From Spirochaetia bacterium (lineage in GTDB: Bacteria; Spirochaetota; Spirochaetia; UBA9216): DNA of 64,000 bases. This document shows positions 30,888 through 39,094 of this stretch, piece by piece. The notes under the pieces were generated by a model, which saw only the letters and a list, made by a program, of their open reading frames with translations, ran no database searches and was not told where the DNA came from. A program made the translations under genes and the position numbers. Within the stretch, counting starts at the first letter, position 1. Every line of letters begins with the position of its first letter. The stretch spans positions 1,696,001 through 1,760,000 of the forward strand of contig CAXXYH010000003.1 of NCBI GenBank assembly GCA_963677925.2, in the 5' to 3' direction.

Positions 30888-32723
30888 TTATCCTTCCTGA
30901 ATCTCTTTTATATGGATTTTAATTTCGCTTCCGGATCCTGCAATATTATGAATATCAAAAACAAGCTGCTCATCATACAGCAGTTTTAATCGTATAAAGG
31001 TATTTAAAATACCCAGCTTGCTTGATTTTAGATATACGTTATCATTAAGCCAGTTACTGCTGTTATCAAAATGATATATCTCATCCTTTATTCTTTTAAG
31101 TTCACCTTCATCTATTCCTGTTCCATCATCGCTGATAACTATCTCCCAGCCGTCATCAGTCTGTCTTCCAAAAACTGAGATTTCTATAGCCCGGTCCAGA
31201 CCGTACATTCCGTGTTTAAAGCAATTTTCAACAAAGGGCTGCAGAGTCATCCTGGGCAGAAGTTTATTCTGAAGCTGATCCTCGATCACTATCTTATACT
31301 CCATCCTGTGTTCATAACGGTATTTAAGCAGGCCCAGGAATGAATCTATATTTTCTTTTTCTGCCCGCAATGTCACATAGTTTTCTGAAATATCCGATGT
31401 GTACTTCAATATCGTATTTAATTTACTGCAGATATCAGGAATTTTGCCATCACCGAGGTTCTTTGCCATTATTGATATCACCGATATAGTATTATGCAGG
31501 AAATGCGGATTCATCTGGGACTGCAGAAGTTTATAGTAGGCTTTCTCAATCTGCTGCTGAGTCTGGATTGTTTCATCCAATGAATTTTTCAGTTTAAGCG
31601 CCATCTTATCAAAGCTGCGGTTAAGAATAGCAATTTCACCATCGACATTAGAAAAGGCGTAGGCGCTCATATCCGGATTAATATTCTGATAATCAATATT
31701 CTCCACTTTTTTCTTGAGCTCCCGAAGCGGTGTATAGATATGAAGGGCTATTATATATGCTATAACAAAGGATATTGCTGTTCCGAATATTCCTATTATT
31801 ATTATCAGCCGTAGAATATTAAATATCGGCTCATTCAGGATAGTACGGGGAATCATGTAAAGAACAATCCAGTCGGGATATGAAGCAACTCGGCTTACGG
31901 CAACATAGCGGATACCTGACTTCTGCTCTATAAATTTTACTGCAGTATACTCTGACATCTTTTCGGCGTTTTTATAATCATTTATCAGCTTTTCATCACT
32001 ATTATCAGTTGACGACTGCCCTGAATATATAAAATTATCACTTCTATCCAGAATAAATATCCTGCCGGAATTAATAGGACTGATATTACAAATCTCAGCG
32101 ATGATGTTGTATTTTGCCTGCACTTCAATGATTCCAATAGGCCCATGGGAGCTTTGCACTACTCTTTGAAGTGAAAATATCTTTTCACCGGAGTCCTCTT
32201 CCCATTCATTATCATGAGGAGGGAGAACCCGGTATGAATAACCTGCTTCAAGCTTTATATCTCCGGGTTTCGGGCGGGAGAGCAGCTGTTTCCTGACCTC
32301 ACCTGAATCTGTATCAAACCTCTTGCTTGAAAAATACATATTACTGTCACTGAAGACATTAACCCTGTCTATATCCGGAAAAGGCTGAGAAATGGTAAAA
32401 ATATTGTCCGTAATCATGTTGTATGAACTTAAATACATCAGCATATTCACCGTCTCATAATTATATCCGCTTAGATACAGCAAAGACTGTCTAACATAAG
32501 TATTAGTCAGAACCCCAAATGAAATCTGATTCATTTCCTTGATTCGCAGGTTAAGCTGCTCTGAGATTAATGCAGTTACATTGTTCATATCCCTGATTTC
32601 ATTATTTTCTATATTCTGAGTCAGAATAATAAAGACAATTGTACAGATGCCGGTAATTAGAAAAGCTATCAGGATTGTGTAGAACATGTATATTCTGGTG
32701 AACAGACTTCTGAAAATCTTTAT
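30888..32723 (-). CDS. YesM/LytS-type sensor histidine kinase (start uncertain: ATA 32723 or ATG 32687)
   Basis: Two TM segments, HAMP, LQSQMNPHFLHN, LQPFVENCFKHG, ISDDGTG. Confidence 0.88.
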   Translation of the reverse strand: MKIFRSLFTRIYMFYTILIAFLITGICTIVFIILTQNIENNEIRDMNNVTALISEQLNLRIKEMNQISFGVLTNTYVRQSLLYLSGYNYETVNMLMYLSSYNMITDNIFTISQPFPDIDRVNVFSDSNMYFSSKRFDTDSGEVRKQLLSRPKPGDIKLEAGYSYRVLPPHDNEWEEDSGEKIFSLQRVVQSSHGPIGIIEVQAKYNIIAEICNISPINSGRIFILDRSDNFIYSGQSSTDNSDEKLINDYKNAEKMSEYTAVKFIEQKSGIRYVAVSRVASYPDWIVLYMIPRTILNEPIFNILRLIIIIGIFGTAISFVIAYIIALHIYTPLRELKKKVENIDYQNINPDMSAYAFSNVDGEIAILNRSFDKMALKLKNSLDETIQTQQQIEKAYYKLLQSQMNPHFLHNTISVISIMAKNLGDGKIPDICSKLNTILKYTSDISENYVTLRAEKENIDSFLGLLKYRYEHRMEYKIVIEDQLQNKLLPRMTLQPFVENCFKHGMYGLDRAIEISVFGRQTDDGWEIVISDDGTGIDEGELKRIKDEIYHFDNSSNWLNDNVYLKSSKLGILNTFIRLKLLYDEQLVFDIHNIAGSGSEIKIHIKEIQEG

Positions 32724-32856
32724 AGCAGCTCTCCTAATTTACACATTAAAGACGATACTATACTTTGAAAATCCAGCACATAGATGTACACTTGTATAAC
32801 AGTTAAAGATTCTAACTGCTTTTATCCGATTTGGCTAATTAATTCGAAAGATTGAC

Positions 32857-32917
32857 TTAATATTACATATCTTTGTTTTAATATTCCATTTATGTATACG
32901 GTAACTGCACTTACACT
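32857..32917 (+). promoter_or_regulatory. Direct repeat TTAATATT(A/C)CAT (21-bp period) plus -10 TACACT upstream of dctP
   Basis: Copies at 32857-32868 and 32878-32889 (11/12 identical); -10 at 32912-32917. Confidence 0.55.
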
Positions 32918-32962
32918 TCTGTCAAAACGGAGCTTCCGTTGAAACTTTATGGAGGATGTAAA

Positions 32963-34072
32963 ATGAAAAAAGAGAGGTTGTTTAGATTAGGCTATGTCTT
33001 ATTAGCAGTCATGCTGATAATCTCGGGTGCAGGGTGTAAATCCGATTCAGAAAAAACTGCACAGAGCAATGACGGTTCAAAAAATGCGGAAAAACCAATA
33101 GAACTGTCCTTTGCCGGACTGATGCCGGCAGCAAGCCCCTGGGAATCAAAAGTGATGGTTCCCTTGCTTGCAGAAATTGATAAAGAAACCAACGGCAGGG
33201 TAAAAATCAATACATATCCCGGCGGAACGCTGCTTGAAGGCGGAAAGATTTATGACGGTGTTGCCATCGGTGCAGCTGATATAGGTCATGAATCGCTTTC
33301 CTGGGTAAACGGCAGATTTCTGACGAGCGATATTCTAAAAAAATCAGGAGTTCCCTTTAAAAGCGGAGAGGCTGCCAGCCGAACCTTCAAGGAATTTGTA
33401 GAAAAACTCGATCCGAAGGAATTCCACGATGTAAAGGTCCTGATGCTTATATGCACCGGTCCCGGAAATATCCATACGGTTAAACCGGTATCTTCGCTGG
33501 AAGATCTGGCAGGCATGGAAATCCGCTGTATTGGTTCTGATGCCCCGTCACTTACTGCACTCGGAGCAAAGCCGGTTTCAATGTCACATCAGGATGGCTA
33601 TGAAGCTCTGCAGAAGGGCATTGTACAGGGAACCCTTGCCAGCAACGAAACTCTTCACACCTGGCATAATGCTGAAGTAACAAAGTACACGACTCTCACT
33701 CCATTCATGTATAACGGTCTTCAGGCTGTAGTAATGAACCTGGATACATGGAATTCTCTCCCGGCCGACATTCAGACTGGAATTGAAAATGCCTGCAACA
33801 AGATATGGGAAGATATTGTAATCCATTTTTACGATGAAGAAAGCGACAACGGTATGACATATGCAGTGGAAGAAACAGGACAGGAAGTGATAACACTGAC
33901 ACCTGAAGAAACTGAACGCTGGAAAGAAAAAATCGCCCACATTCTTGATCACTATGCTGAAGAACTGGACCAGAAAGGACTCCGTGGAGAAGAAGCAAAA
34001 GAGCTGCTTTTTGAACTCGGTGAAAAATACAATAAGGTTCATGACAATTATCTCGCAGAACTAGCCAAATAA
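32963..34072 (+). CDS. dctP: TRAP transporter solute-binding lipoprotein
   Basis: Lipobox GAGC, ETNGRVKINTYPGGTL, DLAGMEIR, YEALQKGIVQG; ATG after GGAGG. Confidence 0.9.
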   Translation: MKKERLFRLGYVLLAVMLIISGAGCKSDSEKTAQSNDGSKNAEKPIELSFAGLMPAASPWESKVMVPLLAEIDKETNGRVKINTYPGGTLLEGGKIYDGVAIGAADIGHESLSWVNGRFLTSDILKKSGVPFKSGEAASRTFKEFVEKLDPKEFHDVKVLMLICTGPGNIHTVKPVSSLEDLAGMEIRCIGSDAPSLTALGAKPVSMSHQDGYEALQKGIVQGTLASNETLHTWHNAEVTKYTTLTPFMYNGLQAVVMNLDTWNSLPADIQTGIENACNKIWEDIVIHFYDEESDNGMTYAVEETGQEVITLTPEETERWKEKIAHILDHYAEELDQKGLRGEEAKELLFELGEKYNKVHDNYLAELAK

Positions 34073-34092
34073 TTTTCTATCATTCTTACCCA

Positions 34093-34122
34093 ATTGCGTA
34101 CCTGAACTCTCAGGTACGCAAT
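34093..34122 (+). terminator. Intercistronic stem-loop after dctP (stabiliser or attenuator)
   Basis: Perfect 13-bp stem ATTGCGTACCTGA / TCAGGTACGCAAT, 4-nt loop, no T tract. Confidence 0.7.
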
Positions 34123-34143
34123 GATTCTTAAAAAGAGGAACAT

Positions 34144-34650
34144 ATGGATACCGCTATTCGATTTTTGAAAACATTTTCCAGAAAACTGGATTATCTGGCA
34201 GCTGCAATCCTGTTTTTGAACTGCCTTCTTGTAGTTGCCAATGTTATTACACGAAGCCCGGTGCTTGAAATGCCGATTTTCGGCGTATATGAAATTGTAT
34301 GTTATTTATCGCTGTTATCAATCAGCTTTGCACTTTCAAGATGTGCCTTTGAAGGAGGGCACACAAATCTGACATTCTTACTTGAAAAACTTTCAGAGAA
34401 GAAAGCAAAAATAATCGGAATCATAACAAATATTATTGTTTTGATTAATTTCATCCTGATAGCATGGAATATGGTTCTTTATACAATCGACCGGGTTGCA
34501 GTCGGAGATGTAAGCCCGGTAATGAGGATTCCCATTGTATATGTTATGGCATTTCTTTGCCTGGGTTTTGTCCTTCTTACAATCACTCCGCTGGTAAAAA
34601 TTGTGGAAAGCATAATGGATTTAAAATTGGAAGGAGAAAATAAGCAATGA
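34144..34650 (+). CDS. dctQ: TRAP transporter small permease
   Basis: 4 TM segments, NVITR, GVYEIV, GGH. Confidence 0.88.
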   Translation: MDTAIRFLKTFSRKLDYLAAAILFLNCLLVVANVITRSPVLEMPIFGVYEIVCYLSLLSISFALSRCAFEGGHTNLTFLLEKLSEKKAKIIGIITNIIVLINFILIAWNMVLYTIDRVAVGDVSPVMRIPIVYVMAFLCLGFVLLTITPLVKIVESIMDLKLEGENKQ

Positions 34651-35960
34651 GTGCAGCATTAGTAGGTTTATTAGGTCTAATTATTTTTATAATAGTGATG
34701 TTTCTTGGAGTCCCAGTCAGCTTCTCAATGCTGCTTACCGGATTCTGGGGACTGTCTTTTCTCCGTTCTCCCCAGGCAGCATTTAATATTATATCCAAAG
34801 ATATTTTCTCCAGTTTTTCATCATACTCACTTACCGTTGTCCCCATGTTTGTATTCATGGGCTTTGTTGCTTATTATTCCGGTATAGGTTCTGGTCTGTT
34901 TAGGCTTTCACATAAGGTTATAGGACACCGTAAAGGCGGCCTGGCACTGGCGGCTCAGCTGGCCTGTGCTTTATTCGGAGCAATATGCGGCTCACTTGCA
35001 GCGAGTGTGGCAACTATCGGAACTATCGCCTTCCCAGAAATGAAGAGGTATCACTACAAGGATGAATTATCGGCTTCCAGTATTGCAGCAGGTGCTTCGA
35101 TCGGCAGTCTCATTCCGCCCAGTGTTCTGTTTATAATCTACGGAATTGCAACTGAACAGTCTATCGGACGCCTTTTTGTAGCAGGTATACTGCCGGGAAT
35201 TCTTCTTACGGTTGCGAATATGCTGACCATCTATATCCTGTGCAGAAGAGACCCCTCACTTGGTCCGGCCGGAGAAAAAGCAAGCCGGAATGAAATAATA
35301 TCAACAATAAAAAAAGACGGATTACTTGAAGTTTTAGTGGTTTTCGTAGTTTCACTAGGCGGGCTGTTTATAGGCTGGTTTACTCCGACAGAGGCAGGAG
35401 CCGTCGGAGCTATTGCCCTGCTGGTTCTAACCCTGTTTGAAAAGAAAATGGATTTTAAGAAACTAAAACTCGCGCTTCTTGATACAACAAAATTAAGTGC
35501 AATGATTTTCATGCTTGTAGCCGCAGCAACAGTCTACGGAAGATTCTTTGCACTCACGCGAATCCCTTTCCAGCTTTCAACCTGGGTATCGGAGTTCAAT
35601 CTTCCAAATTTTGCGGTAATGGGGCTTATCGTTCTCATCTATCTGATTCTTGGATGTGTAATCGACGCACTGGCCTTGATTCTTCTCACTGTTCCCATTT
35701 TCTTTCCGCTTGTTGTAGGAACACTGCATTATGACCCAATATGGTTTGGTGTAATAATCCTGCTTGTAACAGTAATGGGAAGCATAACTCCGCCTGTCGG
35801 TTTAAATATTTATGTAATGAAGAGTGTAGCCCCTTCGGTAAAAATTGAAACCCTGTTCAAGGGTGTCTGGCCGTTTGTAGGTGCACTGCTGGTATGTATT
35901 GCTTTGATAATTATATTCCCGGCAATAGCCACCTGGCTTCCCGGGCTGATTTTCGGTTAA
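34647..35960 (+). CDS. dctM: TRAP transporter large permease
   Basis: GVPVSFSM, VPMFVFMG, LIPPS, LFVAGILPG, FTPTEAGA, ITPPVGLN. Confidence 0.93.
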   Translation: MSAALVGLLGLIIFIIVMFLGVPVSFSMLLTGFWGLSFLRSPQAAFNIISKDIFSSFSSYSLTVVPMFVFMGFVAYYSGIGSGLFRLSHKVIGHRKGGLALAAQLACALFGAICGSLAASVATIGTIAFPEMKRYHYKDELSASSIAAGASIGSLIPPSVLFIIYGIATEQSIGRLFVAGILPGILLTVANMLTIYILCRRDPSLGPAGEKASRNEIISTIKKDGLLEVLVVFVVSLGGLFIGWFTPTEAGAVGAIALLVLTLFEKKMDFKKLKLALLDTTKLSAMIFMLVAAATVYGRFFALTRIPFQLSTWVSEFNLPNFAVMGLIVLIYLILGCVIDALALILLTVPIFFPLVVGTLHYDPIWFGVIILLVTVMGSITPPVGLNIYVMKSVAPSVKIETLFKGVWPFVGALLVCIALIIIFPAIATWLPGLIFG

Positions 35961-35970
35961 GGAGCAAATA

Positions 35971-36717
35971 ATGAACGATAAAATAGATTTATCAATATTC
36001 AAGGAATTTAATTTTAAATACAGTCCCGTTGGTGTCAAATTCCTTTTAACTAAACCTGTCGGAGTTGAACACATAGAAAAAAAGCTGGCATTCTGCGAGA
36101 TGCTCAAAGAGGCTCAGGAATACGACAGACCGTTTTATACAACTGCAGAAAACCATGAATGCAAAGCAGGCCCTATTCTTCTGGGAATGGAAGAGGGAGA
36201 TCCTATATTTGAAAGCGGCCAGGTTGGGCCGCGGCTCGGAGTATATGAAGATCCGAGAGCGAACAGGAAGCTGTATACCAACATGTCAAAATTTGAAAAA
36301 AACAGTGTTAAGTATGTTTTATATTCAAAACTCGATACCCTTAATTTCAACCCTGATCTGCTCATATTAACTGCCGATGCAGATCAGGCAGAGATTATAA
36401 TGAGAGCATATACCTACCGCTCCGGCGCAGCATGGAATGCAAAGGGAACAACCGTAGTAGGATGTGCATTTTTATACCTGTATCCGTATTTCAGCGGAGA
36501 GCTGAACATGATGGTCACGGGTCTGCATCATGGAATGAAAGCAAGAAAACTGTTCCCGCCGGGATGGCTCTTTTTGTCGATTCCCTACAATGCAATACCT
36601 GAAGTCACAGAAAACCTGAAAACCATAGAATGGGATCTTCCTCAATACTCCTGGGGAAAGGAAAACCATCTCAAACGAATGCAGGAAATCGTCGCTGAAG
36701 TTAAAGAGGAGCTTTAA
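35971..36717 (+). CDS. DUF169-family protein
   Basis: PVGVKF, AFCEM, HECKAGPILLG, PDLLI pattern. Confidence 0.7.
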   Translation: MNDKIDLSIFKEFNFKYSPVGVKFLLTKPVGVEHIEKKLAFCEMLKEAQEYDRPFYTTAENHECKAGPILLGMEEGDPIFESGQVGPRLGVYEDPRANRKLYTNMSKFEKNSVKYVLYSKLDTLNFNPDLLILTADADQAEIIMRAYTYRSGAAWNAKGTTVVGCAFLYLYPYFSGELNMMVTGLHHGMKARKLFPPGWLFLSIPYNAIPEVTENLKTIEWDLPQYSWGKENHLKRMQEIVAEVKEEL

Positions 36718-36739
36718 CCTTTTCTCCCAACAATCCTTT

Positions 36740-36786
36740 GAAAACCGGAGTTCCCGTGTTACGGTGCGCTCCGGTTTTCTCTTTTT
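36740..36786 (+). terminator. Intrinsic terminator of the TRAP operon
   Basis: GAAAACCGGAG / CTCCGGTTTTC stem followed by T-rich tail. Confidence 0.75.
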
Positions 36787-36801
36787 AAACCGCTAAAATT
36801 A

Positions 36802-36830
36802 TTGCATATTACCGTCTAAATGCGTAAATT
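36802..36830 (+). promoter_or_regulatory. Promoter for nrnA at the cassette's right end
   Basis: TTGCAT-17-TAAATT. Confidence 0.5.
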
Positions 36831-36834
36831 AATG

Positions 36835-36848
36835 TATTAACCATCTGA
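36835..36848 (+). repeat. Right copy of 14-bp direct repeat TATTAACCATCTGA
   Basis: Identical to 29378-29391; directly precedes the nrnA ribosome-binding site. Confidence 0.85.
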
Positions 36849-36860
36849 TAAGGACATAAT

Positions 36861-37874
36861 ATGCTTAAAGAAATACCTCAGGAACTTATAAGTTTTATTG
36901 ATAAATACAGCACTTTTTTCATTCTCGGTCATGAAGAACCCGATGGAGACTGCCTGGGTTCACAGACTGGACTTGCAGATCTGATATACAATCTTGGAAA
37001 AAAAGCGGCACTATGCTCTCCCGGTCCATTTATCAGACCTGAATCAATGGCGATGATGTCGATGTTTTCAGCAAGCATTGCAGAAGCTGCTGAAAAAGCA
37101 GGAAAAGACATCAGCAATCCCGATGTCAAAGCTGAATGTGCCGTAATAATTACAGACTGCTCAACCCCGGACAGAATAGGTGCAGGATTTGCTGAAGAAA
37201 TTAAGGAATATCCCGTGGCAGTAATAGATCATCACGCATCAGGCAGGCCCTTCGGTGATGTGAGTTATGTTGAGGGTAAATCACCTTCAACCACAGTACT
37301 TGTCTACAAGCTTATGAAGGAATTAGGCTGCAAACCGCAGGAGACGGCAGCCGAGGATCTTTTATTCGGATTCATAACCGACACAGGATACTTCAGACAC
37401 CTTGATGCTACTGAAACCGATTCTGAAGCAATGCTGCTTGCAGCCGAGCTGCTGGCCTATGGAGCTTCCCCCAAAAAGCTTTTCTACCGCATGTACGGAG
37501 GGAGACCTCTGGAGAGCAAGATACTTACAGGCCGCATACTTTCGAGAGCGGAAAGTTTTCTGGACGGCCGCTGTATATTCATCTATGAAACCCTTGAAGA
37601 AAAGAACAAATACGGCTCAAAGAACCGTGACTCAGATACTATCAACAGTCAGCTCTTCGGAGTTAAGGGCTGTGAAGCCATTATCTTTGTACGTGAAGAA
37701 GAGGACGATAAATGCTCAGTAAGCCTCAGAAGCCTTGAAGATCTTGATGTAGGCGCTGTCGCCGCTTCTTTCGGAGGCGGCGGACATAAGAGAGCAGCCG
37801 GCTTTGAATGGAAGGGAAGCCGCAGTGACGCAGAAGCGGAACTCAGGAAGGTGTTCACAGAGCTTATGTCCTGA
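36861..37874 (+). CDS. nrnA: DHH/DHHA1 phosphoesterase (nanoRNase / pAp phosphatase)
   Basis: HEEPDGDCLGS, IDHH, TDTGYF, SLRS, GGGGHKRAAG. Confidence 0.9.
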   Translation: MLKEIPQELISFIDKYSTFFILGHEEPDGDCLGSQTGLADLIYNLGKKAALCSPGPFIRPESMAMMSMFSASIAEAAEKAGKDISNPDVKAECAVIITDCSTPDRIGAGFAEEIKEYPVAVIDHHASGRPFGDVSYVEGKSPSTTVLVYKLMKELGCKPQETAAEDLLFGFITDTGYFRHLDATETDSEAMLLAAELLAYGASPKKLFYRMYGGRPLESKILTGRILSRAESFLDGRCIFIYETLEEKNKYGSKNRDSDTINSQLFGVKGCEAIIFVREEEDDKCSVSLRSLEDLDVGAVAASFGGGGHKRAAGFEWKGSRSDAEAELRKVFTELMS

Positions 37875-37921
37875 AAAAAAGCCTTCCGGATTATTTCCCT
37901 GTTCTGTGGACCTGCATTATA

Positions 37922-37943
37922 GAGGCTCCGGCAGCGGAGCCTC
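37922..37943. terminator. Hairpin between convergent nrnA and HIT genes
   Basis: GAGGCTCCG-GCAG-CGGAGCCTC. Confidence 0.6.
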
Positions 37944-37946
37944 CGT

Positions 37947-38381
37947 TCAGATTTTAAGTTTATTTCGGATTGATTCGGCGTTGCCTTTCAGCTCATCAGC
38001 ATCAGCCATCCCCTTGGCCTTTCCGGGATATATAAATTTGACTCCATCACCCTCATACCTCGGTACACAGTGAAGATGGGAGTGAAATACCTCCTGAGAA
38101 GCGGCGACCCCGTCTGAAAGGATGAAATTCACAGCTTCACACTTAAGCCCGCTGCTACGGAGTGCGGTATTCACCTTCCGCCCTACTTCAAACATCCTTG
38201 CAGCAGCTTCGTCCGAAACATCGGAAATATACTGCTGATGCTCTCTTGGTATCACAAGTACATGACCGGGGTTGATGGGAAAAACATCCATAAATGCCAT
38301 AACAAGATCGTCTTCATAGACTATTGTTGCAGGCATTTCCTTTTTCAATATTTTGCAGAATATACAGTCATTATTTTCCAT
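37947..38381 (-). CDS. HIT-family nucleotide hydrolase
   Basis: CIFCKI, GHVLVIP, HSHLH triad. Confidence 0.93.
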   Translation of the reverse strand: MENNDCIFCKILKKEMPATIVYEDDLVMAFMDVFPINPGHVLVIPREHQQYISDVSDEAAARMFEVGRKVNTALRSSGLKCEAVNFILSDGVAASQEVFHSHLHCVPRYEGDGVKFIYPGKAKGMADADELKGNAESIRNKLKI

Positions 38382-38387
38382 GGATGA

Positions 38388-38416
38388 ATCTTAGCAACTG
38401 AATATCAGACTGTCAA
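38388..38416 (-). promoter_or_regulatory. Leaderless-type promoter of the HIT gene
   Basis: TTGACA-17-TAAGAT-6-ATG with extended TG; no Shine-Dalgarno. Confidence 0.75.
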
Positions 38417-38499
38417 TCAGAGCTGTTTTATTCAGCCTCCTTCGGACCTCTTGCCCACAAGGGCTTTTACTGGAATAATAGTAGCTCTGGAGATAATCA

Positions 38500-39093
38500 A
38501 TGGAACTACTGCTTGCAACAAACAATCAGCATAAAAAACACGAACTTTCACAGATCCTCAGCGGTCATAAAATTATAACCCCTGATGAGATTGGAATAGA
38601 CTTTGACTGCGACGAAACAGGGACGACCTTTCTGGCGAATTCTCTTCTAAAAGCTGAAACCCTGTTCAAATTAGCCGGAAGGCCGATAATTGCCGATGAT
38701 TCCGGTCTATGTGTTGACAGCCTAGGCGGTGAACCTGGAATATATTCAGCACGCTACGGAAGCAGCGGTGGTCCAGACCTTTCAAGTGAGGACCGAAACC
38801 TGTATCTGCTTGATAAAATGAAGCATCTGGAAACAACTGCGGAGAGAACCGCTCATTTTGTATGCTGTATGAGTCTTATAATTGATGAATACCGTGTGTA
38901 TACGGTACAGGAGTCGGTTGACGGAAGTATAACCTTTGAACCGGCAGGCTGCGGAGGCTTCGGTTATGATCCCGTCTTTTTCCTGCCCCGTTACGGAATG
39001 ACGGTAGCAGAAATAGGCGAAGCTGAAAAGAATAAAATAAGCCATCGGGGCAGAGCTGCTTCCAGACTGGCAAAACTAATAATTGGAGAATAA
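38500..39093 (+). CDS. rdgB: Non-canonical purine NTP pyrophosphatase (Ham1/RdgB)
   Basis: ATNNQHK, ADDSGL, PGIYSARY, GFGYDPVF, KNKISHR. Confidence 0.95.
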   Translation: MELLLATNNQHKKHELSQILSGHKIITPDEIGIDFDCDETGTTFLANSLLKAETLFKLAGRPIIADDSGLCVDSLGGEPGIYSARYGSSGGPDLSSEDRNLYLLDKMKHLETTAERTAHFVCCMSLIIDEYRVYTVQESVDGSITFEPAGCGGFGYDPVFFLPRYGMTVAEIGEAEKNKISHRGRAASRLAKLIIGE

Positions 39094-39094
39094 T

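Larger units (their letters stand above)
29378..36848. mobile_element. Putative inserted cassette (two-component system + TRAP + DUF169) bounded by a 14-bp direct repeat; no mobility gene
   Basis: Exact terminal direct repeat; visibly AT-richer left half; removal leaves the M24 stop followed by TAAGGACATAAT-ATG of nrnA. Confidence 0.65.
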
